The notes beneath the pieces were generated by a model. It was not told where the DNA came from. It saw only the letters and a program-made list of their open reading frames with translations, and ran no database searches. Source: Azolla caroliniana (lineage: Eukaryota; Plantae; Polypodiophyta). Taken from it: 64,000 bases of DNA. Shown here piece after piece: positions 25,701-40,449 of the stretch. The translations under genes were made by a program, and so were the position numbers. Each line of letters starts with the position of its first letter. The stretch's first letter is position 1. The DNA lies in the NCBI GenBank assembly GCA_043228905.1, contig JBHGNT010000037.1, positions 186,001 to 250,000 on the forward strand. The letters are read 5' to 3'.

Positions 25701-28290
25701 GTCGAGAGACATGAGGAAATTAGCATATTTGAGGAGGGAGTTGAGAAGTGCCAGTGTGTAAATTAAAATGGTCATAGCTGGCTCGTGTGATATCGGATTT
25801 ATGTGTTCAAACATGCGACTCGAAGATAACAACGCTAGCTATGACATAGAATTAAAAGATCGAGATTTTGAAACTCAGTTCGAGAGACATGAGGAAATTA
25901 GCATATTTGAGGAGGGAGTAGAGAAGAGCCAGTGAGTAAATTAAAATGGTCATACCTGGCTCGTGTGATATCGGATTTTTGTGTTCAAACATGCGAATCG
26001 AAGCTAACTACGCTAGCTTTGATATAGAATTAAAAAATCAAGATTTTGAAACTCACGTCGAGAGACATGAGGAAATTAGCATGTTGGAGGATTGAGTTGA
26101 GAAGAGCGAGTGAGTAAATTAAAATGGTCACACCTGGCTCGTGTGATATCGGATTTCTGTGTTCAAAATGCGAATCGAAGCTAACAAGGCTAGCTATGAT
26201 ATAGAATTAAAAAATCGAGATTTTGAAACTCAGTTCGAGAGACATGAAAAAATTAACATATTTGAGGAGGGAGTTGAGAAGAGCTAGTGAGTAAATTAAA
26301 ATGGTCATACCTGGCTCGTGTGATATCGGATTTCTGTGTTCAAACATGCGAATCGAAGCTAACTAGGCTAGCTATGATATAGAATTAAAAAATCGAGATT
26401 TTGAAACTCAGGTCGAGAGACATGAAGAAATTAGCATATTTGAGGAGGGAGTTGAGAAGAGCGTGTGAGTAAATTAAAATGGTCATACCTGGCTCGTGTG
26501 ATATCGGATTTCTGTGCTCAAACATGTGAATCGAAGCTAACAAGGCTAGCTATCATATAAAATTAAAATATCAAGATTTTGAAACTGACGTCGAAAGACA
26601 TGAGGTAATTAGCATGTTGGAGGAGGGAGTTGAGAAGAGCGTGTGAGTAAATTAAAATGGTCATACCTGGCTCGTGTGATATCGGATTTCTGTGTTCAAA
26701 CATGCGAATCGAAACTAACAAGGCTAGCTATGATATAGAATTAAAAAATCGTGATTTTGAAACTCAGGTCGAGAGACATGAGGAAATTAGCATATTTGAG
26801 GAGGGAGTTGAGAAGAGCCATTGAGTAAATTAAAATGGTCATACCTAGCTCGTGTGATATCGGATTGCTGTGTTCAAACATGCGAATCGAAGCTAACAAG
26901 GCTAGCTATGATATAGACTTAAAAAATCGAGATTTTGAAACTCAGGTCGAGAGACATGAAGAAATTAGCATATTTGAGGAGGGAGTTGAGAAGAGCGAGT
27001 GTGTAAATTAAAATGGTCATACCTGGCTCGTGTGATATCGGATTGCTGTGTTCAAACATGCAAATCGAAGCTAACAAGGCTAGCTATGATATAGAATTAA
27101 AAAATCGAGATTTTGAAACTCAGGTCGAGAGACATGAAGAAATTAGCATATTTGAGGAGGGAGTTGAGAAGAGCGTGTGAGTAAATTAAAATGGTCATAC
27201 CTAGCTCGTGTGATATCGGATTTCTGTGTTCAAACATGCGAATCGAAACTAACAAGGCTAGCTATGATATAGACTTAAAAAATCGTGATTTTGAAACTCA
27301 GGTCGAGAGACATGAGGAAATTAGCATATTTGAGGAGGGAGTTGAGAAGAGCCAGTGAGTAAATTAAAATAGTCATACCGGGCTCGTGTGATATCGGATT
27401 TCTGTGTTCAAACATGCAAATCGAAGCTAACAAGGCTAGCTATGATATAGAATTAAAAAATCAAGATTTTGAAACTGACGTCGAAAGACATGAGGAAATT
27501 AGCATGCTGGAGGAGGGAGTTGAGAAGAGCGAGTGAGTAAATTAAAATGGTCATACCTGGCTCGTGTGATATCGGATTTCTGTGTTCAAACATGCGAATC
27601 GAAGCTAACAAGGCTAGCTATGATATAGAATTAAAAAATCGAGATTTTGAAACTCAGGTCGAGAGACATGAAGAAATTAGCATATTTGAGGAGGGAGTTG
27701 AGAAGAGCGTGTGAGTAAATTAAAATGGTCATACCTAGCTCGTGTGATATCGGATTTCTGTGTTCAAACATGCGAATCGAAACTAACAAGGCTAGCTATG
27801 ATATAGACTTAAAAAATCGTGATTTTGAAACTCAGGTCGAGAGACATGAGGAAATTAGCATATTTGAGGAGGGAGTTGAGAAGAGCCAGTGAGTAAATTA
27901 AAATAGTCATACCGGGCTCGTGTGATATCGGATTTCTGTGTTCAAACATGCAAATCGAAGCTAACAAGGCTAGCTATGATATAGAATTAAAAAATCAAGA
28001 TTTTGAAACTGACGTCGAAAGACATGAGGAAATTAGCATGCTGGAGGAGGGAGTTGAGAAGAGCGAGTGAGTAAATTAAAATGGTCATACCTGGCTCGTG
28101 TGATATCGGATTTTTGTGTTCAAACATGCGAATCGAAGCTAACAAGGCTAGCTATGATATAGAATTAAAAAATCGTGATTTTGAAACTCAGGTCGAGAGA
28201 CATGAGGAATTTAACATATTTGAGGAGGGAGTTGAGAAGAGCCAGTGAGTAAATTAAAATGGTCATACCTGGCTCGTGTGATATCGGATT
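19709..28290. repeat. Near-perfect tandem duplication of a 4271-bp (24-monomer) HOR
   Basis: 1-bp deletion ttcaaaatgc at 21891 and 26162. ggattgagt, cacgagaaaa, gacattagg, gtgacatc and aactaggct all repeat at +4271 = 24 x 178 - 1. Confidence 0.95.
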
Positions 28291-29891
28291 TATGTGTTCA
28301 AACATGCGACTCGAAGATAACAACGCTAGCTATGACATAGAATTAAAAGATCGAGATTTTGAAACTCAGTTCGAGAGACATGAGGAAATTAGCATATTTG
28401 AGGAGGGAGTAGAGAAGAGCCAGTGAGTAAATTAAAATGATCATACCTAGCTCGTGTGATATCGGATTTCTGTGTTCAAACATGCAAATCGAAGCTAACA
28501 AGGCTAGCTATGATATAGAATTAAAATATCGAGATTTTGAAACTCAGGTCGAGAGACATGAGGAAATTAGCATATTTGAGGAGGGAGTTGAGAAGAGCGA
28601 GTGAGTAAATTAAAATGGTCATACCTGGCTCGTGTGATATCGGATTTCTGTGTTCAAACATGCGAATCGAACCTAACAACGCTAGCTATGACATAGAATT
28701 AAAAAATCGAGATTTTGAAACTCAGGTCGAGAGACATGAGGAAATTAGCATATTTGAGGAGGGAGTTGAGAAGAGCCAGTGAGTAAATTAAAATGGTCAT
28801 ACCTGGCTCGTGTGATATCGGATTTATGTGTTCAAACATGCGACTCGAAGATAACAACGCTAGCTATGACATAGAATTAAAAGATCGAGATTTTGAAACT
28901 CAGTTCGAGAGACATGAGGAAATTAGCATATTTGAGGAGGGAGTAGAGAAGAGCCAGTGAGTAAATTAAAATGATCATACCTAGCTCGTGTGATATCGGA
29001 TTTCTGTGTTCAAACATGCAAATCGAAGCTAACAAGGCTAGCTATGATATAGAATTAAAATATCGAGATTTTGAAACTCAGGTCGAGAGACATGAGGAAA
29101 TTAGCATATTTGAGGAGGGAGTTGAGAAGAGCGAGTGAGTAAATTAAAATGGTCATACCTGGCTCGTGTGATATCGGATTTCTGTGTTCAAACATGCGAA
29201 TCGAACCTAACAACGCTAGCTATGACATAGAATTAAAAAATCGAGATTTTGAAACTCAGGTCGAGAGACATGAGGAAATTAGCATATTTGAGGAGGGAGT
29301 TGAGAAGAGCGAGTGAGTAAATTAAACTGGTCAAACCTGGCACGTGTGATATCGGATTTCTCTGTTCAAACATGCGAATCGAAGCTAACAACGCTAGCTT
29401 TGATATAGAATTTAAAAATCAAGATTTTGAAACTCACGTCGAAAGACATGAGGAAATTAGAATATTTGAGGAGGGAGTTGAGAAGAGCTAGTGAGTAAAT
29501 TAAAATGTTCATACCTGGCTCGTGTGATATCGGATTTTTGTGTCCAAACATGCGAATCGAAGCTAACAACGCTAGCTATCATATAGAATTAAAAAATCGA
29601 GATTTTGAAACTCAGGTCGAGAGACATGAGGAAATTAGCATATTTCAAGAAGGAGTTGAGAAGAGCCAGTCAGTAAATTAAAATGTTCAGACCTGGCACG
29701 TGTGATATCGGATTTTTTTGTTCAAACATGCGAATCGAAGATAACAACGCTACCTATGATATAGAATTAAATAATCGAGATTTTGAAACTCAGGTCGAGA
29801 GACATGAAGAAATTACAATATTTGAGGAGGGAGTTGAGAAGAGCTAGTGAGTAAATTAAAATGTTCATACCTGGCTCGTGTGATATCGGAT

Positions 29892-32800
29892 TTCTGTGCT
29901 CAAACATGTGAATCGAAGCTAACAAGGCTAGCTATGATATAGAATTAAAATATCAAGATTTTGAAACTGACGTCGAAAGACATGAGGAAATTAGCATGTT
30001 GGAGGAGGGAGTTGAGAAGAGCGAGTGAGTAAATTAAAATGGTTATACCTGGCTCGTGTGATATCGGATTTCTGTGTTCAAACATGCGAATCGAAACTAA
30101 CAAGGCTAGCTATGATATAGAATTAAAAAATCGTGATTTTGAAACTCAGGTCGAGAGACATGAGGAAATTAGCATATTTGAGGAGGGAGTTGAGAAGAGC
30201 CAGTGAGTAAATTAAAATGGTCATACCTGGCTCGTGTGACATCGGATTTCTGTGTTCAAACATGCAAATCGAAGCTAACAAGGCTAGCTATGATATAGAA
30301 TTAAAATATCAAGATTTTGAAACTGACGTCGAAAGACATGAGGAAATTAGCATGCTGGAGGAGGGAGTTGAGAAGAGCGAGTGAGTAAATTAAAATGGTC
30401 ATACCTGGCTCGTGTGATATCGGATTTCTGTGTTCAAACATGCGAATCGAAGCTAACAAGGCTAGCTATGATATAGAATTAAAAAATCGTGATTTTGAAA
30501 CTCAGGTCGAGAGACATGAGGAAATTAGCATATTTGAGGAGGGAGTTGAGAAGAGCCATTGAGTAAATTAAAATGGTCATACCTAGCTCGTGTGATATCG
30601 GATTGCTGTGTTCAAACATGCGAATCGAAGCTAACAAGGCTAGCTATGATATAGACTTAAAAAATCGAGATTTTGAAACTCAGGTCGAGAGACATGAAGA
30701 AATTAGCATATTTGAGGAGGGAGTTGAGAAGAGCGAGTGTGTAAATTAAAATGGTCATACCTGGCTCGTGTGATATCGGATTTCTGTGTTCAAACATGCG
30801 AATCGAAGCTAACAAGGCTAGCTATGATATAGAATTAAAAAATCGAGATTTTGAAACTCAGGTCGAGAGACATGAAGAAATTAGCATATTTGAGGAGGGA
30901 GTTGAGAAGAGCGTGTGAGTAAATTAAAATGGTCATACCTGGCTCGTGTGATATCGGATTTCTGTGTTCAAACATGCGAATCGAAGCTAACAAGGCTAGC
31001 TATGACATAGAATTAAATAATCGAGATTTTGAAACTCAGTTCGAGAGACACGAGAAAATTAGCATATTTGAGGAGGGAGTAGAGAAGAGCCAGTGAGTAA
31101 ATTAAAATGGTCATACCTGGCTCGTGTGATATCGGATTTCTGTGTTCAAACATGCGAATCGAAGCTAACAAGGCTGGCTATGATATAGAATTAAAAAATC
31201 GAGATTTTGAAACTCAAGTCGAGAGACATGAGGAAATTAGCATATTTGAGGAGGGAGTTGAGAAGTGCCAGTGTGTAAATTAAAATGGTCATAGCTGGCT
31301 CGTGTGATATCGGATTTATGTGTTCAAACATGCGACTCGAAGATAACAACGCTAGCTATGACATAGAATTAAAAGATCGAGATTTTGAAACTCAGTTCGA
31401 GAGACATGAGGAAATTAGCATATTTGAGGAGGGAGTAGAGAAGAGCCAGTGAGTAAATTAAAATGGTCATACCTGGCTCGTGTGATATCGGATTTTTGTG
31501 TTCAAACATGCGAATCGAAGCTAACTACGCTAGCTTTGATATAGAATTAAAAAATCAAGATTTTGAAACTCACGTCGAGAGACATGAGGAAATTAGCATG
31601 TTGGAGGATTGAGTTGAGAAGAGCGAGTGAGTAAATTAAAATGGTCACACCTGGCTCGTGTGATATCGGATTTCTGTGTTCAAAATGCGAATCGAAGCTA
31701 ACAAGGCTAGCTATGATATAGAATTAAAAAATCGAGATTTTGAAACTCAGTTCGAGAGACATGAAAAAATTAACATATTTGAGGAGGGAGTTGAGAAGAG
31801 CTAGTGAGTAAATTAAAATGGTCATACCTGGCTCGTGTGATATCGGATTTCTGTGTTCAAACATGCGAATCGAAGCTAACTAGGCTAGCTATGATATAGA
31901 ATTAAAAAATCGAGATTTTGAAACTCAGGTCGAGAGACATGAAGAAATTAGCATATTTGAGGAGGGAGTTGAGAAGAGCGTGTGAGTAAATTAAAATGGT
32001 CATACCTGGCTCGTGTGATATCGGATTTCTGTGCTCAAACATGTGAATCGAAGCTAACAAGGCTAGCTATCATATAAAATTAAAATATCAAGATTTTGAA
32101 ACTGACGTCGAAAGACATGAGGTAATTAGCATGTTGGAGGAGGGAGTTGAGAAGAGCGTGTGAGTAAATTAAAATGGTCATACCTGGCTCGTGTGATATC
32201 GGATTTCTGTGTTCAAACATGCGAATCGAAACTAACAAGGCTAGCTATGATATAGAATTAAAAAATCAAGATTTTGAAACTCATGTCGAAAGACATTAGG
32301 AAATTAGCATGTTTGAGGAGGGAGTTGAGAAGAGCCAGTGAGTAAATTAAAATGGTCATACCTGGCTCGTGTGATATCGGATTTCTGTGCTCAAACATGT
32401 GAATCGAAGCTAACAAGGCTAGCTATGATATAGAATTAAAATATCAAGATTTTGAAACTGACGTCGAAAGACATGAGGAAATTAGCATGTTGGAGGAGGG
32501 AGTTGAGAAGAGCGAGTGAGTAAATTAAAATGGTTATACCTGGCTCGTGTGATATCGGATTTCTGTGTTCAAACATGCGAATCGAAACTAACAAGGCTAG
32601 CTATGATATAGAATTAAAAAATCGTGATTTTGAAACTCAGGTCGAGAGACATGAGGAAATTAGCATATTTGAGGAGGGAGTTGAGAAGAGCCAGTGAGTA
32701 AATTAAAATGGTCATACCTGGCTCGTGTGACATCGGATTTCTGTGTTCAAACATGCAAATCGAAGCTAACAAGGCTAGCTATGATATAGAATTAAAATAT

Positions 32801-33420
32801 CAAGATTTTGAAACTGACGTCGAAAGACATGAGGAAATTAGCATGCTGCAGGAGGGAGTTGAGAAGAGCGAGTGAGTAAATTAAAATGGTCATACCTGGC
32901 TCGTGTGATATCGGATTTCTGTGTTCAAACATGCGAATCGAAGCTAACAAGGCTAGCTATGATATAGAATTAAAAAATCGTGATTTTGAAACTCAGGTCG
33001 AGAGACATGAGGAAATTAGCATATTTGAGGAGGGAGTTGAGAAGAGCCATTGAGTAAATTAAAATGGTCATACCTAGCTCGTGTGATATCGGATTGCTGT
33101 GTTCAAACATGCGAATCGAAGCTAACAAGGCTAGCTATGATATAGACTTAAAAAATCGAGATTTTGAAACTCAGGTCGAGAGACATGAAGAAATTAGCAT
33201 ATTTGAGGAGGGAGTTGAGAAGAGCGAGTGTGTAAATTAAAATGGTCATACCTGGCTCGTGTGATATCGGATTTCTGTGTTCAAACATGCGAATCGAAGC
33301 TAACAAGGCTAGCTATGATATAAAATTAAAAAATCGAGATTTTGAAACTCAGGTCGAGAGACATGAAGAAATTAGCATATTTGAGGAGGGAGTTGAGAAG
33401 AGCGTGTGAGTAAATTAAAA
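29892..33420. repeat. Third, permuted copy of the 14-mer core of the 24-mer HOR
   Basis: ttcaaaatgc again at 31679 (+5517 = 31 x 178 - 1). After ~32000 the order restarts at the beginning of the core (tcatgtcgaaagacattagg at 32281 vs 20002). Confidence 0.87.
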
Positions 33421-36400
33421 TGGTCATAGCTAGCTCGTGTGATATCGGATTTCTGTGTTCAAACATGCGAATCGAAACTAACAAGGCTAGTTATGATATA
33501 GACTTAAAAAATCGTGATTTTGAAACTCAGGTCGAGAGACATGAGGAAATTAGCATATTTGAGGAGGGAGTTGAGAAGAGCCAGTGAGTAAATTAAAATG
33601 GTCATACCTGGCTCGTGTGATATCGGATTTCTGTGTTCAAACATGCAAATCGAAGCTAACAAGGCTAGCTATGATATAGAATTAAAAAATCAAGATTTTG
33701 AAACTGACGTCGAAAGACATGAGGAAATTAGCATGCTGGAGGAGGGAGTTGAGAAGAGCGAGTGAGTAAATTAAAATGGTCATACCTGGCTCGTGTGATA
33801 TCGGATTTCTGTGTTCAAACATGCGAATCGAAACTAACAAGGCTAGCTATGATATAGAATTAAAAAATCGAGATTTTGAAACTCAGGTCGAGAGACATGA
33901 AGAAATTAGCATATTTGAGGAGGGAGTTGAGAAGAGCGAGTGAGTAAATTAAAATGGTCATACCTGGCTCGTGTGATATCGGATTTCTGTGTTCAAACAT
34001 GCGAATCGAAGCTAACAAGGCAAGCTATGATATAGACTTAAAAAATCGTGATTTCGAAACTGACGTCGAAAGACATGAGGAAATTAGCATGTTGGAGGAG
34101 GGAGTTGAGAAGAGCGAGTGAGTAAATTAAAATGGTCATACCTGGCTCGTGTGATATCGGATTTCTGTGTTCAAACATGCAAATCGAAGCTAACAAGGCT
34201 AGCTATGATATAGAATTAAAAAATCGAGATTTTGAAACTCAGGTCGAGAGACATTAAGAAATTAGCATATTTGAGGAGGGAGTTGAGAAGAGCGTGTGAG
34301 TAAATTAAAATGGTCATACCTGGCTCGTGTGATATCGGATTTCTGTGTTCAAACATGCGAATCGAAACTAACAAGGCTAGCTATGATATAGAATTAAAAA
34401 ATCGAGATTTTGAAACTCAGGTCGAGAGACATGAAGAAATTAGCATATTTGAGGAGGGAGTTGAGAAGAGCGTGTGAGTAAATTAAAATGGTCATACCTG
34501 GCTCGTGTGATATCGGATTTCTGTGTTCAAACATGCGAATCGAAGCTAACAAGGCAAGCTATGATATAGACTTAAAAAATCGTGATTTCGAAACTGACGT
34601 CTAAAGACATGAGGAAATTAGCATGCTGGAGGAGGGAGTTGAGAAGAGCGAGTCAGTAAATTAAAATGGTCATACCTGGCTCGTGTGATATCGGATTTCT
34701 GTGTTCAAACATGCGAATCGAAACTAACAAGGCTAGCTATGATATAGAATTAAAAAATCGTGATTTTGAAACTCAGGTCGAGAGACATGAGGAAATTAGC
34801 ATATTTGAGGAGGGAGTTGAGAAGAGCCATTGAGTAAATTAAAATGGTCATACCTAGCTCGTGTGATATCGGATTGCTGTGTTCAAACATGCAAATCGAA
34901 GCTAACAAGGCTAGCTATGATATAGAATTAAAAAATCGAGATTTTGAAACTCAGGTCGAGAGACATGAAGAAATTAGCATATTTGAGGAGGGAGTTGAGA
35001 AGAGCGTGTGTGTAAATTAAAATGGTCATACCTGGCTCGTGTGATATCGGATTTCTGTGTTCAAACATGCGAACCGAAGCTAACAAGGCTAGCTATGATA
35101 TAGAATTAAAAAATCGAGATTTTGAAACTCAGGTCGAGAGACATGAAGAAATTAGCATATTTGAGGAGGGAGTTGAGAAGAGCGTGTGAGTAAATTAAAA
35201 TGGTCATACCTAGCTCGTGTGATATCGGATTTCTGTGTTCAAACATGCGAATCGAAACTAACAAGGCTAGCTATGATATAGACTTAAAAAATCGTGATTT
35301 TGAAACTCAGGTCGAGAGACATGAGGAAATTAGCATATTTGAGGAGGGAGTTGAGAAGAGCCAGTGAGTAAATTAAAATAGTCATACCGGGCTCGTGTGA
35401 TATCGGATTTCTGTGTTCAAACATGCAAATCGAAGCTAACAAGGCTAGCTATGATATAGAATTAAAAAATCAAGATTTTGAAACTGACGTCGAAAGACAT
35501 GAGGAAATTAGCATGCTGGAGGAGGGAGTTGAGAAGAGCGAGTGAGTAAATTAAAATGGTCATACCTAGCTCGTGTGATATCGGATTTCTGTGTTCAAAC
35601 ATGCGAATCGAAGCTAACAAGGCTAGCTATGATATAGAATTAAAAAATCGAGATTTTGAAACTCAGGTCGAGAGACATGAATAAATTAGCATATTTGAGG
35701 AGGGAGTTGAGAAGAGCGTGTGAGTAAATTAAAATGGTCATACCTAGCTCGTGTGATATCGGATTTCTGTGTTCAAACATGCGAATCGAAACTAACAAGG
35801 CTAGCTATGATATAGACTTAAAAAATCGTGATTTTGAAACTCAGGTCGAGAGACATGAGGAAATTAGCATATTTGAGGAGGGAGTTGAGAAGAGCCAGTG
35901 AGTAAATTAAAATAGTCATACCGGGCTCGTGTGATATCGGATTTCTGTGTTCAAACATGCAAATCGAAGCTAACAAGGCTAGCTATGATATAGAATTAAA
36001 AAATCAAGATTTTGAAACTGACGTCGAAAGACATGAGGAAATTAGCATGCTGGAGGAGGGAGTTGAGAAGAGCGAGTGAGTAAATTAAAATGGTCATACC
36101 TGGCTCGTGTGATATCGGATTTTTGTGTTCAAACATGCGAATCGAAGCTAACAAGGCTAGCTATGATATAGAATTAAAAAATCGTGATTTTGAAACTCAG
36201 GTCGAGAGACATGAGGAATTTAACATATTTGAGGAGGGAGTTGAGAAGAGCCAGTGAGTAAATTAAAATGGTCATACCTGGCTCGTGTGATATCGGATTT
36301 ATGTGCTCAAACATGCGACTCGAAGATAACAACGCTTGCTATGACATAGAATTAAAAGATCGAGATTTTGAAACTCAGTTCGAGAGACATGAGGAAATTA

Positions 36401-39400
36401 GCATATTTGAGGAGGGAGTAGAGAAGAGCCAGTGAGTAAATTAAAATGGTCATACCTGGCTCGTGTGATATCGGATTTCTGTGTTCAAACAAGCAAATCG
36501 AAGCTAACAAGGCTAGCTATGATATAGAATTAAAATATCGAGATTTTGAAACTCAGGTCGAGAGACATGAGGAAATTAGCATATTTGAGGAGGGAGTTGA
36601 GAAGAGCGAGTGAGTAAATTAAAATGGTCATACCTGGCTCGTGTGATATCGGATTTCTGTGTTCAAACATGCAAATCGAAGCTAACAAGGCTAGCTATGA
36701 TATAGAATTAAAATATCGAGATTTTGAAACTCAGGTCGAGAGACATGAGGAAATTAGCATATTTGAGGAGGGAGTTGAGAAGAGCGAGTGAGTAAATTAA
36801 AATGGTCATACCTGGCTCGTGTGATATCGGATTTCTGTGTTCAAACATGCAAATCGAAGCTAACAAGGCTAGCTATGATATAGAATTAAAAAATCGAGAT
36901 TTTGAAACTCAGGTCGAGAGACATGAAGAAATTAGCATATTTGAGGAGGGAGTTGAGAAGAGCGTGTGAGTAAATTAAAATGGTCATACCTGGCTCGTGT
37001 GATATCGGATTTCTGTGTTCAAACATGCGAATCGAAGCTAACAAGGCAAGCTATGATATAGACTTAAAAAATCGTGATTTCGAAACTGACGTCGAAAGAC
37101 ATGAGGAAATTAGCATGTTGGAGGAGGGAGTTGAGAAGAGCGAGTGAGTAAATTAAAATGGTCATACCTGGCTCGTGTGATATCGGATTTCTGTGTTCAA
37201 ACATGCAAAACGAAGCTAACAAGGCTAGCTATGATATAGAATTAAAAAATCGAGATTTTGAAACTCAAGTCGAGAGACATTAAGAAATTAGCATATTTGA
37301 GGAGGGAGTTGAGAAGAGCGTGTGAGTAAATTAAAATGGTCATACCTGGCTCGTGTGATATCGGATTTCTGTGTTCAAACATGCGAATCGAAACTAACAA
37401 GCCTAGCTATGATATAGAATTAAAAAATCGAGATTTTGAAACTCAGGTCGAGAGACATGAAGAAATTAGCATATTTGAGGAGGGAGTTGAGAAGAGCGTG
37501 TGAGTAAATTAAAATGGTCATACCTGGCTCGTGTGATATCGGATTTCTGTGTTCAAACATGCGAATCGAAGCTAACAAGGCAAGCTATGATATAGACTTA
37601 AAAAATCGTGATTTCGAAACTGACGTCGAAAGACATGAGGAAATTAGCATGCTGGAGGAGGGAGTTGAGAAGAGCGAGTGAGTAAATTAAAATGGTCATA
37701 CCTGGCTCGTGTGATATCGGATTTCTGTGTTCAAACATGCGAATCGAAGCTAACAAGGCTAGCTATGATATAGAATTAAAAAATCGTGATTTTGAACCTC
37801 AGGTCGAGAGACATGAGGAAATTAGCATATTTGAGGAGGGAGTTGAGAAGAGCCATTGAGTAAATTAAAATGGTCATACCTAGCTCGTGTGATATCGGAT
37901 TGCTGTGTTCAAACATGCAAATCGAAGCTAACAAGGCTAGCTATGATATAGAATTAAAAAATCGAGATTTTGAAACTCAGGTCGAGAGACATGAAGAAAT
38001 TAGCATATTTGAGGAGGGAGTTGAGAAGAGCGTGTGTGTAAATTAAAATGGTCATACCTGGCTCGTGTGATATCGGATTTCTGTGTTCAAACATGCGAAT
38101 CGAAGCTAACAAGGCTAGCTATGATATAGAATTAAAAAATCGAGATTTTGAAACTCAGGTCGAGAGACATGAAGAAATTAGCATATTTGAGGAGGGAGTT
38201 GAGAAGAGCGTGTGAGTAAATTAAAATGGTCATACCTGGCTCGTGTGATATCGGATTTCTGTGTTCAAACATGCGAATCGAAGCTAACAAGGCAAGCTAT
38301 GATATAGACTTAAAAAATCGTGATTTCGAAACTGACGTCTAAAGACATGAGGAAATTAGCATGCTGGAGGAGGGAGTTGAGAAGAGCGAGTGAGTAAATT
38401 AAAATGGTCATACCTGGCTCGTGTGATATCGGATTGCTGTGTTCAAACATGCAAATCGAAGCTAACAAGGCTAGCTATGATATAGAATTAAAAAATCGAG
38501 ATTTTGAAACTCAGGTCGAGAGACATGAAGAAATTAGCATATTTGAGGAGGGAGTTGAGAAGAGCGTGTGTGTAAATTAAAATGGTCATACCTGGCTCGT
38601 GTGATATCGGATTTCTGTGTTCAAACATGCGAATCGAAGCTAACAAGGCTAGCTATGATATAGAATTAAAAAATCGAGATTTTGAAACTGACGTCGAGAG
38701 ACATGAAGAAATTAGCATATTTGAGGAGGGAGTTGAGAAGAGCGTGTGAGTAAATTAAAATGGTCATACCTAGCTCGTGTGATATCGGATTTCTGTGTTC
38801 AAACATGCGAATCGAAGCTAACAAGGCAAGCTATGATATAGACTTAAAAAATCGTGATTTTGAAACTCAGGTCGAGAGACATGAGGAAATTAGCATATTT
38901 GAGGAGGGAGTTGAGAAGAGCGAGTGAGTAAATTAAAATGGTCATACCTGGCTCGTGTGATATCGGATTTCTGTGTTCAAACATGCGAATCGAAGCTAAC
39001 AAGGCTAGCTATGATATAGAATTAAAAAATCGAGATTTTGAAACTGAGGTCGAGAGACATGATGAAATTAGCATATTTGAGGAGGGAGTTGAGAAGAGCG
39101 TGTGTGTAAATTAAAATGGTCATACCTGGCTCGTGTGATATCGGATTTCTGTGTTCAAACATGCGAATCGAAGCTAACAAGGCTAGCTATGATATAGAAT
39201 TAAAAAATCGAGATTTTGAAACTCAGGTCGAGAGACATGAAGAAATTAGCATATTTGAGGAGGGAGTTGAGAAGAGCGTGTGAGTAAATTAAAATGGTCA
39301 TACCTGGCTCGTGTGATATCGGATTTCTGTGTTCAAACATGCAAATCGAAGCTAACAAGGCTAGCTATGATATAGAATTAAAAAATCGAGATTTTGAAAC

Positions 39401-40449
39401 TCAGGTCGAGAGACATGAAGAAATTAGCATATTTGAGGAGGGAGTTGAGAAGAGCGTATGAGTAAATTAAAATGGTCATACCTAGCTCGTGTGATATCGG
39501 ATTTCTGTGGTCAAACATGCGAATCGAAGCTAACAAGGCTAGCTATGATATAGAATTAAAAAATCGAGATTTTGAAACTGAGGTCGAGAGACATGATGAA
39601 ATTAGCATATTTGAGGAGGGAGTTGAGAAGAGCGTGTGTGTAAATTAAAATGGTCATACCTGGCTCGTGTGATATCGGATTTCTGTGTTCAAACATGCGA
39701 ATCGAAGCTAACAAGGCTAGCTATGATATAGAATTAAAAAATCGTGATTTTGAAACTCAGGTCGAGAGACATGAAGAAATTAGCATATTTGAGGAGGGAG
39801 TTGAGAAGAGCGTGTGAGTAAATTAAAATGGTCATACCTGGCTCGTGTGATATCGGATTTCTGTGTTCAAACATGCAAATCGAAGCTAACAAGGCTAGCT
39901 ATGATATAGAATTAAAAAATCGAGATTTTGAAACTCAGGTCGAGAGACATGAAGAAATTAGCATATTTGAGGAGGGAGTTGAGAAGAGCGTGTGAGTAAA
40001 TTAAAATGGTCATACCTAGCTCGTGTGATATCGGATTTCTGTGGTCAAACATGCGAATCGAAACTAACAAGGCTAGCTATGATATAGACTTAAAAAATCG
40101 TGATTTTGAAACTCAGGTCGAGAGACATGAGGAAATTAGCATATTTGAGGAGGGAGTTGAGAAGAGCCAGTGAGTAAATTAAAATAGTCATACCGGGCTC
40201 GTGTGATATCGGATTTCTGTGTTCAAACATGCAAATCGAAGCTAACAAGGCTAGCTATGATATAGAATTAAAAAATCAAGATTTTGAAACTGACGTCGAA
40301 AGACATGAGGAAATTAGCATGCTGGAGGAGGGAGTTGAGAAGAGCGAGTGAGTAAATTAAAATGGTCATACCTGGCTCGTGTGATATCGGATTTTTGTGT
40401 TCAAACATGCGAATCGAAGCTAACAACTCTAGCTATGATATAGAATTAA

